From the NCBI GenBank assembly GCA_905331295.1, contig CAJNYD010000050.1, positions 62,001 through 126,000 on the forward strand: a DNA stretch of 64,000 bases. Reading direction: 5' to 3'. Below the pieces are notes generated by a model. The model had not been told where the DNA came from, did no database searches, and worked only from the letters and a program-made list of their open reading frames with translations. Origin of the DNA: Rotaria socialis. Lineage: Eukaryota. Both the position numbers and the translations under genes were made by a program. Shown here in pieces: positions 41,719 through 55,709 of this stretch. Positions within the stretch are counted from its first letter, which is position 1. Each line of letters begins with the position of its first letter.

Positions 41719-44700
41719 GTTTCTCAAAACTCTTAGCATATGTTATCAATTTTCAATGTCTTTCTTTGAATGTTTAAATAAATAAGACGATTCATTCCTA
41801 TGTACACAAACGCTATGATGATATTATTGATGGCATCGATTATTTTATAGTTAACCTGACCTTTTATCAATAACTTGTGGCTGTGCATAGGAAACAGAAA
41901 AACATAGGAAAAGAGAAGCAGAGGTCTCATTTGTATCCAGCTGTCAAATTAAGTTATCATGCGTACGACTTGATTAGGTTGACAAAATATAAACGAACCG
42001 AAACGACAAAAAATGGATACTCCTATGAATGATAAGCCATTTCATTTCGTTTTCTGCCATTTTGGCAAAAACGATTGTATACTATATAACAACCAGAATA
42101 AGTACGATGACAAAGATCTACTCTCAACATGAATTAATCAAAAACCAAAAATCATACTTCAATCCAATTGACAAACTAATATATCAAGCTTAAATGAAGA
42201 TCGATTACGCCTATCATTGATATGAAATATTACTATTGAATGATTATTGCAATCGATGAATATACTATGTCAAGTACAGCTTCTCTCCTATGCGTAAGTC
42301 AAGGATATGTTTTAGGTATGATAAGAACTTTTGATAAATTGAATAAAACTCATTTGTTAAAGTATAAAAAATAAAATCTGAAAAAATATTGTTTATTTTT
42401 GCCGTCATTTTCTCTTATCATCATCTATTTTTGTTGATAAGAAACAAATAACATAAGGTTTGTATAATCACGCCTTGTGTCGTTGTCAATCAGATAAGCG
42501 GATGCAATTTTCTCTATTTTTACGTTAATTTCCCTTGTTGCTGTCTTTTGCTTTTGTCGTGACTTTCTTTTCTTCTTCTATATTATATGATCATAGATAC
42601 GTCACTGTCAGTCGTATTTACTTCAAAGATAAAGCAGGTGGCTTTGAGATTATGAAATCATTTAGGTAGAAAATTATATTTTTGATCTTGATTAGAAAAT
42701 TATTTGAATAAGTTATGCGGGGATGTCATCAAGAGAAAATAGTGAAGGGAGTGTCAAGGCAGTTTTCCAAGAAAATCTTACAAACGCAAAGTAAGATTTA
42801 GAGAGAGAAAATTTGACTTCTTTGCTGGTGAAAGCTGATACTTTATCATTAGGTTTTAACAGTGGGAGGCTGTTCATGCCTTCTTTCTCTTCCCCACCCC
42901 TCCCCCCTACCCCACAAACATATACCACAATCGCTACATTCCTAACTTTATGTCATGATTATAAAAGTTCAATGTATATGCATTGCTAGTCGCCGTAATT
43001 TTTTTCTTCTTGTTTGCTCAGTAAAATAAAATGATAAAAAGAAAGAGAGAAGCAAAAAAAGAGGCATTACAATTTTCTCTAAGTAGGTTCAACTAGAAAA
43101 GTCAGTGGAAAAGTTGCTAGAAAACTGTCAACCACAGCATCCAATCAGAAGGTTTTTCTTTCATGTGAGTACAGCCGAATGAAATTCATGTAGTGTATTA
43201 CTTGATGACAAAATGAATTAAAATTGATTGTCTTTCCATTAAAAATTCTTCTGTGCATAAAGGTTTTCCTTGATGAATATAAACTAACTGAAATTCCTTT
43301 TCTCGCCCGTTTAGTGAATTTGAAAAAGAAATGAAGGCACACGATCTTAAAACATTACTGAGATGAATTAATAAATTTAGTCATCCCAATAAAAACCTTA
43401 ATTACTATATCAAACTTGAAGACCTACTTCATCAAACTTTCACATCATGCCCTTTTTAATAATTTTTCTATGAGTTTTGTTTTTCAAGTTACTCTAAAAA
43501 TATCTCTACCATTCTTCAATCATAGACAATCATATTCCGCTTTTCTATTATTATCAATAAAAGAAATTATGATTAGAGATATAATGAGAAAGATACTATT
43601 TTTCTTCTTGTTGCTTTCTTTTTTCTATTCAACGATCAGCATTAAAAATTATCCGACTCAGTTCATTTTTTTTTCTCTGCTATTCATTTCTTCTTTTTTA
43701 GATCATCATAATTAGTAGAACTAAAACATTGATAAGTATTACATGATGATTCCATATAGATCCATTGTTAAGACAAAGTATTTTTATAAGCTAACTTTTG
43801 TTTTTACTATATGACATAGCTTCAGTACAATATCTGGCATCGTCGATTCTTTAATGATAATATTAGCATAATAGAGCAATAGTTTTATGAAAATTATCAA
43901 AATGAAATAGAATGTTAATATTGTTTCTTTGAGAGCTAGTCACATATAGAATTCATATTAAAAGGAGTGTTTCGAACGACTGATCGGCCAAACTTGAGAA
44001 AGCTCCGTTTTTATTCAAGCATTTTATTGTTCATCCGTTCTAAAAAAACAAAAAACGACTCAATGTCTCGCTTCCCACTTACAAAATGGTTTAGTGTAAC
44101 TTAAGCAGTAATCTTTCCATCAATTTACTGAGCACTTGATCTTCTTTTTTTAGTCTTGATGACATCGGGTAACTACTTAATACCATAGTATAATTAACAA
44201 TTTTGAGTAGATCTAAACAGAAGCTTCAATTATTATCAGAAATAATATTTTTGTTTTTGCTTACACAAAAGAAACAGTTACAATTAAGATCATAATAATA
44301 GAGGAAATAATTGCCGAGTCACATTTTTGTTATCTTTAGTAACGATTTATAATTAATTAAATAGAAACGAGCAAATTTCTTCAAACGAACAAAAAGAAAA
44401 ATAATAATCAACAAAAGAAATGCACATTTTCATACGAATCGGATTTTATAGAATTTCTACAATATAAGTCAGATAACATCAAAGAACTTTCGTAGAAAAG
44501 AGCAACACGTATTTTATAAGAGGACTTTCTTTCCTGTCTTTTCTCTTCTGTGACTATGCTTCTCATCGTTGCAAGTATCTGATTAAGAGCTATAGCGTGG
44601 GACAAGATGAAAATGCATTGCAAACGACTCATGTCATACGCAATGTATTTTATTCGTCTACAGAAAAATCTACAATATCGACGAGTAGAGTCATATTCTA

Positions 44701-46318
44701 TTCCTGGTTTATGTTTAGCAAGGTAAACATATGCCAATTGCTACGCATCGTCTTCTATTTTATTTTGTTTTCTATTATACTTTTCGTTACTTTTGAACTT
44801 TCATACTTCAATCTTCATTTATGGTTTGTATTGTACCTGTAAGCGAAAAAAAAAACATGGTGTCAATTTGTATCCAATTGAGAATATTATTATATATGAT
44901 AGCATGAAATTATTGTTGAAATATATTGATATACAAGTAAGAGATAGAAAAGAAGATCGATAAAAGATTCTAGGTTTTTTTTTCTATGTAACTATGATGC
45001 TTTTATTTTGTTTTTATACTTGTTGTTCCTTCCTTCCGTATGGTTATTGAATATCCACTCGAAAACAAAAAGTCACCTTCATTATTGCTAATAACTTTGC
45101 GTGTTTACCTATTGTTAATATCGAGCAAAAAGCTGTTTGAATTTCCGCACTACATTCAATATAATGATAGAGAGAATCAGTTTGTCTCGGTAGAAATCAA
45201 ACAGATGGCTTGATCAATGCTTCTGTAGGAGAACGAAGAAGTGCAAATATAGATTTTCCTCCTATCAATTTTTTCACTAAGCTTATTGATAGTATAGTTA
45301 GTCGACTGATTTGTTCTTGATGTTGATTGTATAAATAAGAATCAATACTTGTTCATCTCTCTTAAGTTTTTATGTTTACACAATAGAGTACTAATATTCT
45401 GTCTATAAGACCAAATGCGACGACATTTTCAAAAAAATATATATTCGTTACCCACCCGTTAAAAGTCGATAATATGATCTTTCATAGCAACACATATATA
45501 CGCGATGCCATTGGTTCACTTAGTATTTCGATGAATAAAAAGTTGTATCCATGTACTCAGCATGAAACTGTACTACGTAGGTTGACCTCCTGCCTTCTTT
45601 TGTCACCCTACTTTGATTCTCATACAAGAAAAATTCGTTTATTCTTTTGTGTTTTCTCATTTGGTATGCTTATCTTGCATTAGAAAAATGTTCGTTGTAA
45701 ATATTTTCGGTCGGTACAATAAATTGAATAAAAGAAAAAGATAAGGAAAAGAAAAAGAACCATGGATGATGATGGTTTACTTGGAAATCCTTTGTTGTAC
45801 ACAGCTATATATGATTAGAGATTTTCTTGTGCACGATGATGACAGATTTGTCGATCTTATTATCTTGCATTTTCTTGTTTTCATAACATATAGTTTTTTT
45901 TCCTTCTTTCTTTCTCTTTCTACAACAAATAGTAAGTACGATCATTTAATGAAAGCAACATGCAATAGATCGTTGTATGATAAAAGGTGATAGGGACTGA
46001 AAATAACATGATAATATTCAAAAATACATTTGGCTGTTTACAATATTATGATAGCTAGAACAAGAGAAAAATATGTAATTATACTATGATTTTTTTCTCT
46101 CCCGAAAACAAGATCGAGAATTGAGGATTAACTCAACGACGTCGGAAGAGAAAAAAAGAATAAAAAGTGATAAACGTAAGGAAAATTTACTATAGTTGCC
46201 GTCGTCTTTTTTTTCCAGATACAATCTAAAAGCAATCAATTTCTTTATTTGTCATTTTACATCATACTTAACAACAGGCGAAAACTATTTAATAAAAATT
46301 TTAAAATATGCACCATGA

Positions 46319-47480
46319 ATGATTATGATGGACACACTGACAGTTTCATCGTATGGCAATATTTCTAATGTTACATTGAACATCAATACAACAACAGCAA
46401 CGTCAACAATTCCTCTATGGATTCGAATATTAACATTAACATGTATGACTTTAATAGACATAAGTGCATTTCTCGGTAATTTACTCGTTATATGTGCTTT
46501 CTTGCGTACACGTCGTCTACAAACAGTCACTAATTATTTTATAGCATCACTAGCGTTTGCTGATGCATTAGTTGCAATAGTTGTCCTTCCATTAAGTATT
46601 TATTATTATCAGCGAGATCGCTCATGGAAGCTCGGTATAGTTTTATGTGATTTGTGGGTGTCATCAGATGTTCTTTTATGTACATCAAGTATACTAAATT
46701 TAACTTGTATATCAGTGGATCGATACATGGCTATAACAAAACCATTAACATATACAGCATATAGGTCGAAATTCCTTGCTCGTGTTATGATCTTATTAGT
46801 ATGGATTGTTTCAGTTGTTATAACGTGTCCACCTATATTTGGTTGGCGAGATAAAAATAGAAGACAAACGGTAAGATGAATGTTTTTTTAGTACGTGCTT
46901 TTCAAGTTATTAGAATAGGATACTTGCATGCAACCAAAAAGTATATATATATATATAACTAATCCTATTAAAAATAAATTATAAACGTATTTTCCATTTA
47001 TAATTCTAGGTCGAGCAACAATTTAAATGCGATTTAAATACTGCACGAGGTTACGTTGTTTATTCAGCACTGGGATCATTTTATATTCCAGGTGTTATCA
47101 TGATATTTGTTTATATACGTATATTTATGGTTGTTTATGACCGAGAAAGTTTAATAAAGAATTTTCGTGATACTAATCAATCATCAACTTTATCAATTAA
47201 ATCAAATCCTACTAGTTTTATCAATCAAACACAAGTATCAAATAATAAAAAACAACATGGAAATTTTTCATCATGGTGCTGTTTCTGTTGTCGAAACAAA
47301 TGTGATGACAATTCATCTGCAAGAACATCAATACCTCATTATTCGTATAATCATTGTCCAAGTATTGAACAAAAGCAAAATGGTTATGTTGTCTATCGTT
47401 TTACTACTACCAATAATAATAACAACAACAACAACAACAACAACAACAATAATAATAATAATAATAACAATAATAATAAC

Positions 47481-47513
<33 letters not shown>

Positions 47514-49988
47514 CCTACGAATTCAAATATGACTGGGAATTCACCTTTACACACACAACGATCAAGTTCGAAGGCATCACTTTTTTCTCGTTCATGTAAA
47601 GCTTCAACGAAAAAATTGAGCACTATATCCGATGATATTTATCAATATCGATGCAATCAATTAACACATATGTCATCCGAATATCAATTTCACAAGGATG
47701 ATTCATCATGTATTGAATTAAAAACATTAGACAATTCTTTTTCACCATTAACTAAACGTCGATCACGTTCATTCGAACAATCAACAATAAGTAAAATACG
47801 TGACTTGAATACAGAACTAAGCCACAGTCGACAACTAAAAGCAGCGGCTGCAGCTGCTGCTGCTGCAATTTCAATAACACCACCAACAGAACCCAAAGAA
47901 ACAATTCTACAAGAAGTAAGTATTGTATTTATTATTAGTTTTATTTCCAACAATGAATAAAACAGTCATCCCAAACTCATCTTCTCGAAACATAGTTATT
48001 ATATAGCGACATATACCTTCTCTCAGTTAGACCACTGTCATACTCAAATTTACAACTTGATAATAAGTAAAGACCTTGCAATATTCATTGAAATTGCCAA
48101 TTGCTATCCGTACCAGAGATGTCTTGATTGTTCGTTCAAGTACACAAAAATAAATTGAAATCTAAAAATATCATACTGTTCCAATTAGATAATTTTTAAT
48201 TAGTTCTATTAAACGGATCTATCGTAGCATGCAAAGATGATCATATTATAAATAAATCATAAATTCACTTTCCTTTTTTTGATTAACATTTAAAATTATT
48301 ATTATTTTTTTTTTATTCGAGAACAATATGACAGGAATTTCGACGTCGTTTAACAGCTGTAAAATCCGATAAAGAATAAATATGCATAAAATACAAAGAT
48401 CTTAAATACTTTTTTGAACATAAGAATATTTATAGAGGCAAAACGATCCTTGATTAGTACGAAAGATAATTTTCAGAACTCAATTTTTAAAGGGTAGCTA
48501 ATTTAATTATGTTTGAATTGAATTTTTGATTTTTTTTATCTTTGTAATATTCGACGCACTATAGGATAATTAGAAAACTTTATTCGGGTCATGAGCAGAC
48601 AGTAGAAATTATTTAGGCGAGCATAGTAGTTTTCATCGTTACTTTTGTGCACCTTGAATCATTAGAACACAAGTATCTAAGTATTCATTTCATTTATTCT
48701 TGAGGAAATAAAAAGAGTAGAACACCGAAATGCCATTGCACCCAATGAATGAAGACGAACCAAGCCGGAAAATTATAACAAAAGAAAAAGAGCAAGGTGC
48801 TACTTCCTACAGTTATACGATATACACTAGCAGTTAATATCTATTATTGTTATTTTTCAGGAAACTTTTAGTCTACTTTTAAAATAATGCTCATTCAAAT
48901 GAAAACGAAACAAAAAAAATTAATAATCTATTTTATTTTAGAATGGAAGTGAAGGTTTAACATTATCGAACAGAGAAAATGAAGGTGATAATTTATTTCC
49001 TTTAATAAATAAAAATCTACATCAAACAAGTCAATCATTAAATGAATTAACGCAATTATCAATTAAACACAATAAACAATTCTATAAGAAAAACAATAGT
49101 CAGTATATAATTCCTCTCACACCGCGAGCTCGAGCAACAACAAATCCTTCACTAATGCAAAAAGTTCTTGCAAACAATACAGCATATCCATATTTGCATA
49201 GACAAAAACAAAGTCTACCTGAACCAACACGTATAAATCGTCGAGTAAAATCTTCACGTGTAATACACACGTCAGCATCAACATTATCGATAGATAATAT
49301 TAAACAGCAACATCGTATAACAAGTGCTTCATCAGCGCCATCATCAAGATCTTTATCTATCGTACGTCGTTGTTTGAGTCGAAATGAGAGTTTAAATGAA
49401 ATGAATTCCAATCAAAAATCTTCTTGGTGTTGTTCTTGTTGGTTTTCTTCACTGTCAACTAGTAATTCGTATCCGAGTAAAACAAAACCAATGTTTAATT
49501 CAACACCAAGTCATTCATTAACAAATGATGATGATGATGATGAAAAACTTTCATCAAATGACACAAATAATCGTACACCTTTGTATACACCAGTACAATC
49601 AACACATTTAACATGTAGAAGTGTGCGTAACACTGGGACGCCAAGTGATGTTCATCGCCGAGAACGTATACGTTTTATGAAAGAACAAAAAACAGCAAAA
49701 ACATTAGCTGTTGTTGTAGGTGGTTTTATTCTTCTTTGGCTACCATTCTTTATTATGTATGTTATACCACCAGAAAAACATGTATTTAACAATCAGACAG
49801 TAACATTAATAACATGGCTTGGCTATTTTAATTCAGTTATTAATCCATTTATTTATGCTTATTGTTCAAAACAATTTCGTACGGCTTTCTGGAATATAAC
49901 ATTTGGCATTTTTATTAAAAAATCATCTGCATTATTACCAATATCGAAAAAAAATAAACAATTACATCAAAATAATACAAATGCCTAA
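46319..49988 (+). CDS. Biogenic amine GPCR, alpha-adrenergic-like octopamine receptor-like, ~834 aa; exons 46319-46870, 47010-47915, 48942-49988
   Basis: GNLLVI, TNYFIASLAFAD, TM3 Asp in SDVLLCTSSILNLTCISVDRY, TM5 GYVVYSALGSFYIP, KTAKTLAVVVGGFILLWLPFF, WLGYFNSVINPFIYA. Confidence 0.88.
47412..47513 (+). repeat. (AAT/AAC)34 coding microsatellite, poly-Asn in ICL3
   Basis: 102 nt of AAT/AAC codons in frame. Confidence 0.95.
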
Positions 49989-50271
49989 AAATTTCTATAT
50001 ATTTTTGTTTGTATTTGTATAGAGTTGTAAGTTCCTTCCTGATTATTTTCGTATGCGGCTACCATTTTATTTTTGAATAAAAATTAAATGAAAGGCAACT
50101 ATCTTCTTATATTATATTTTATAGGAAAATGCACATTTCATTAGTGGAATCTCTTTTTTTTCAATAAATTGACAAAATAGTTGAAATACGGTATTCTTTT
50201 GGATTAAAAAAATGGGGAGTGGCTCTTAAATAGTTCCATCAATTAATGTGTAGCTGCTTCCTATAGCTTTC

Positions 50272-50615
50272 CAGGGGGAAAAGTTGATTCCGTTGATTCC
50301 ATGCGATTCTGAGTGATTCCGTGTGGTTCCATCAGCTCTGGAATCACTATAAATATCACTATTTTTCGACTATGATGCCGTAACATCAATAGGAACATTA
50401 TAGAATCATTATAGAGATGAACTCAAGGGAGGAAAATCTGATTTCATGGCTTCGTGATTCTACTGATTCTATGTAATTCTGTTGATTCTATATGATTCCG
50501 CGTGATTCCGTATGATTCCATCGGTTCTGGAATCACTATGAATATGACTGTATTTCTCGACTATGACGTCGTAACATCAATAGGAACATTATCGAATCAT
50601 TTTAAAGATGAACTC
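50272..50615. repeat. Tandemly duplicated transposon-end-like unit with GATTC decamer repeats
   Basis: Two related units starting CAGGGGGAAAAGTTGATTC (50272) and CAAGGGAGGAAAATCTGATTTC (~50423), both ending ..CATCAATAGGAACATTAT..GATGAACTC; an inverted end GAATCAGCTTTTCCCCCCTTG lies at ~53998-54018. Confidence 0.6.
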
Positions 50616-52222
50616 TGAAGACTCTCGATCATTCTGTTCAATAGAAAAATCAGTTCACTCATAATCGTAAGAATCATTGAGTCGAGCACAAGAGATATAA
50701 TCTGTATATTGCTGAATCTCAGCCAAAAGCGTACCAGTTATCGTTTCACAACAATAAGATAGCATATTAGAATGATATCTAACCGATCAATGAACCAGTG
50801 CGGTTGGTTTCAGTGTTTTACCAAGACCATTCAAAGGATTACAGATTGCAAGTGAGCTTTCTCGGCTGACAATGATGTCAAAATGTTAGATTTGGTTGGA
50901 ATCAATATTAAGTCGTGAAAGAAATTGGATTACTGTTGTTTCGCGTGGTTTCATTATTTTCCATCCTGATTACCACTGTTGCTTTGATTTCGAAACCGGA
51001 GCGCATAGTTAATATATACAGTTTGTAAAAGTTCCATGGGATGGAGAGAGGAGTCCTCAAACGTCAAGAAGTGAAGGATCGTGAAGAGAGTAAACTCCAA
51101 AATTATAAAGCAGACTGAGGGCTCAAGTAGATGACTTAAATTTTCATTTTTCTTTCTGTATCAAACGCAAAAAATAGTAACTTCGTGTATATTAGCACCA
51201 ATCTTTCCTAGAAAGTTGAGAATCATAGGATATTCTATAGACTCTGTTTGAACATCATTATTTGTGACTCTCAAGGCGGAGAAAGTACTGCGACGGAACA
51301 GCAGCATCGCGAAGAATATATAAAAACTACTTTGTGGGACTGAAGCTGTGTACTTCCGACCATTCGCGTCGACGTCGTTATTAGTTAAGCTAAAAACTGC
51401 ATGCATTTCTTGTAGTATGTATGGAGAGAAAGTTCCGTTTGAGGTATACTGTCTTTCATACTATGATCATCGCACGCGATGTGTTGCAACATGTCCACAC
51501 AGAACACAAAAACGTGAATATAGAAGGATGACTTTGTACTGGCTCTCGACTGATGCATCATTATGAAAACTCGGTGTTTATGACTTACGAGCGCGACTAC
51601 GTAACATATAGACATTGAGTGTCAACAGAACGCAACAAAACATAGCTTAACCAGTTGGATTAAAGAAGACATCCATTCTTCATTTTAGCTGTAAAAGAGG
51701 GCCTTTCACGCCTACCATAGGTCCTTGTTGAAAGAGAAGTTGCCGATTCTTCGTGACTCGCAGTTTTTTACTTTCTAGCTGTACCCTGTCTGGCACTAAT
51801 CAACTTCTTTGAGACATTACTAAAATGTACGCTTCTCTGAATCCAAAAGAATCTGATGGCATTGTTATTAATGAGTTTTGAAAATCTAAAGATAGGACCC
51901 GATTGACTCTGATTGTTAAATTAGAAAATTCACAACATCATCGTGTGTTCAAGGAATCGCAAAACAAAGCCACATTTTGGCTGTAGTCAAAATGTATTGA
52001 TCTCTTTCATTTTGGATAATTTTTTATTCGAAATAAGGATGTCGAAAACACCAATCTACGTAAAGTATGAAACAAGAGAGATCGCGTAGGTCGAAAACTT
52101 TCTTATTTGCTCATTATCAAAGGTGATAGAAATTTGCAATTGTAAGAGCTTTGGTGCAAGTTACATCGAAGAATATTAATATCTTAATTGGCTATAGGAT
52201 ATGAATGGTCACTTAGTCTTAC

Positions 52223-52637
52223 CAGAGCTGGGCAAGTCAGAGATTTTGCAAGTCACAAAAATACTTTTCAAGTCAAGTCAAGTCAACTGTATAAAAAAAT
52301 TTTTCCAAGTCAAGTCAAGTCAAGCCAGACTTGACTTGACTTGACTTGCCCAACTCTGTATAGCACTTATCGATTGTTACAGTGGCGCGTGCAGAACAGA
52401 TAAGAAAGAAAAGAAAACTAATTGTTACAAGATATGTGTAATTGGATTCCAATTGTACTTATCTTGCAACAATTGATATTCTTTTCTTTTATTGTTCTGT
52501 GCGCATTATATTTNTTGACTTGACTTGACTTGACTTGACTTGACTTGACTTGACTTGACTTGACTTGACTTGACTTGACTTGACTTGACTTGGCTTGGCT
52601 TGACTTAGGGCATTTTTGACTGACTTGCCCAGCTCTG
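52223..52637. mobile_element. hAT-type MITE with CAAGT/ACTTG pentamer arrays
   Basis: Perfect 18-bp TIR CAGAGCTGGGCAAGTCAG; 8-bp TSD AGTCTTAC (52215-52222, 52638-52645); additional internal right end at ~52358. Confidence 0.92.
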
Positions 52638-55600
52638 AGTCTTACTGTACTAAGCAAAGATAAATGAATCGTTTATCTTTAGGAAAAAACGATCAGTAAA
52701 CCATTTATCTTTATTCTTTAATATAAAGGAAATTAAAGATAAAGGATCTCCCATATTTTAGAGCAGTTTCTAACTTACCAAACAGACTCATGTCGCTGAT
52801 TCCAGCAGCCAGTCAAGTTTCCTAGGTGTTCTAACTTGGAAAAATCGAAGAATCGTTCTGGGCTCAGTCAGTTGAAAATTGCTTGGAGACCTGATTCTGT
52901 ACCAGAAAATTGTTAGATAATCTGGTTGATATGGTAAAAGCTGTCCGAAAACTTATCGTGTTTAGTCTCTTGAGGAATGAAAATGTGGAAATCAGAAACT
53001 CTATTTGTTGTTTACTGGAGATAAAATGTGAAAGGGCTTCAAATAGCTTAACAAATAAATCATCCAAAATAATTACAGCTTCTTTTATAATTGATACGCA
53101 TGCTCGTATATATAATCATGTGGAAAATGTGTTTATGTATTACTATTATTTGAGCAATTTATTGGATTCATTTAATATTGTTAGACTGAAAACGTTTTTT
53201 CTGTTGTGAAATATATGGCATCTTAAATGCATCAATTCTTTTCTTCCAATGGCAACATGCGACATACGTTATATGAAGTGTAAATATCATTTTATTCTTT
53301 CAATCGTTTTGACTGCCATGTTAACTTGCTATATACATTGATTTGATCATTTAGGAAGAGCCTGACACACTATTACGTGTTTTGACAAATAATGAGATAT
53401 AAGTTGAGTTTTATCTAAATTTGACATTCAATTATTTCATAATTTTGCATGGTGCTCATCCTATTCGTACGCTATTAATTGAATAATGGCTTCGCCCTAC
53501 TGAGTGGCATCTACTAAAACACCATTTCGTTATGCATTAAATACCAAAACGCGCTATATTTAGACTACGTAGTGAGGGTGTACACAGTTTCAGAATAATA
53601 TAACCATCGTTATTGTTTATGGACCTTTTCTCTATACTATAGAAATCTGCTCAATAATCTTTGATTTTATTCTCTTCTTCTCGCTCGCCATTGCTAGAAT
53701 GAAGAGCAAGTTGCGAAAATCTCGATTTAAACGGACAAACATGCATATTTTCTTCGAAAGTATACAGGAGTTTATAAAAACCTCCTTGTTTACTGTAAAA
53801 TGGCGAAATTAACTCTACTGCTCAGGGGAAAACTGTCAAAAAAGCTACTTAACTACCGCTAACCAATGAAATCTATTCGATCAAGCATGATGAGAAACTT
53901 AGACATGTATTTCTTAGGTGTTTCATTTCATGTGATTCCGAGTGATTCTGTACGATTCTGAGTGCTTCTATTGATTCTGTGTGATTCCATCGCTATAGAA
54001 TCAGCTTTTCCCCCCTTGATAATTTCGCTCGATATTCTTTTAAACTTTATTCTTTCTGGTTAAGATTAAATATATAAGCATTCGAATTGAAATAGTTTTA
54101 TTAATGATAAATTCTAACGTATCTACAATTGTTAAATGAATCATAGCAATCCGATAATAAGAAAATTTTATGGATTCTATTATTATTTTTGTGTTTTCTG
54201 AATTATTGACTATACCAACTTGCAATGGTAATATTTCCTTTTGATTAAAAGATGCAACATGCGCATGTTCCACTTATTTGTCTTTACTAAATTCAGTTTT
54301 CTATCAGCCTTTTCGTATCAAGACTTTCTTAAAATTTTTACAACGTTTAAACACATAAACATCAATCACTTATTTAATCAAGAAAACAATAGATTAAAAC
54401 AAAAACATGATGAGGTTTTCTTTTTATAAACTAATACTAAAGTTGATCGTCATGATAGTGGTTACATAGCTGTTTTCATACAAGTTTGTATACATGTCTA
54501 CATGAAGGAAATTTATATAATTTAACAAATGAAAAAGTTTTTTTTGTCAACATGAACTCGTGACAACGTCTTATTCTGAAGAGCACAAAAAGAAAGAGAA
54601 GTGTAGGAGAAATAAAATATAAACGAGGATGAGATTTACGAGTCCAAACGATTATTTTGTAGGATGACTGTCAACTATGGTCCAACGTCATCGAGCAATT
54701 ATGAATAACTTAGTGAACAAATAGGAGAAGGCGTTTCTGATGAGAATGTTTTTAGAAGCATGTAACAGCTACTTGGAATGAATTTGCTTCAAAATGCGCC
54801 GATTATAATTATTCATGTTTTATTCTTGAAGAGACAGTGCCAAATTTATATTATATGAGCCGAACGACATGTTTCATATAACCTTCAATTTTTTTCAATT
54901 GAAACAACCAATTATTTGCTGAATACGATACAAAAAATCATGTTTCTCAATACTGGAAAGCCTATCATTATAATAATTTCATAGGAAATAGTAAAGTCTA
55001 TCTAAGTACACCAGAACATGTCTGAAATTAGATCTAATATCAGAGAAACTAGTATTTTAGATGGTCACTTGACTAATATTATACCGGGTACTTTTAGAAG
55101 ATTCTATGTCAAAACTAGTATAAATAATATGTAGACCATTTCTTACTGTATACAGCTTACTAAAACATGTTTTTTTTTCTACATCCATTGATAAACAAAA
55201 GCAATCCTTTTTGTTTGTTTGGTGACACAATACATCATTAACTATATTTTATAAGTTATTGTTTATATACATGATTCAATCGGTCGAACATTTTAGACTG
55301 GTCATATTTACTGTAAAACTACATCATAGAACTGGTTGACTTCACAAATGATACATAATGATTGTGTATTTTCGGAAAATATCCAAATAGATTAGATTTG
55401 GCTTGAAAACAGATTCACATTCATTCTTCTTGTTATTTTCTATTTGCAAAATGAATCAAAAATCTAAAAGTTGATCTATTTTTTTAAGTCATTAAACATG
55501 ATCTGTTTTCAAAAATATTTTCCTCCGTTTTCTTACAATAATTATAAGATGCGATGAATGGTGACATCTTTTATTGATGAAAGCCCTGATTGCAGTTTCT

Positions 55601-55709
55601 ATTGGATTCAATAAAGAACAAGTCTATTATAAAATATGTATACTTGAGCTCTGAGATTTTGTTTTATAAATCAAAAGTAAATAAGATTTTTTTTAAATAA
55701 AGCTATGAG

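Noticed and set aside
47167..47953. Poly-Leu, poly-Ile/Thr and poly-Ala alternative ORFs
   Set aside because: Other-frame or antisense readings of GPCR exon 2 repeats.
52418..52657. ORF with SSQVK repeats
   Set aside because: Translation of the MITE CAAGT pentamer array.
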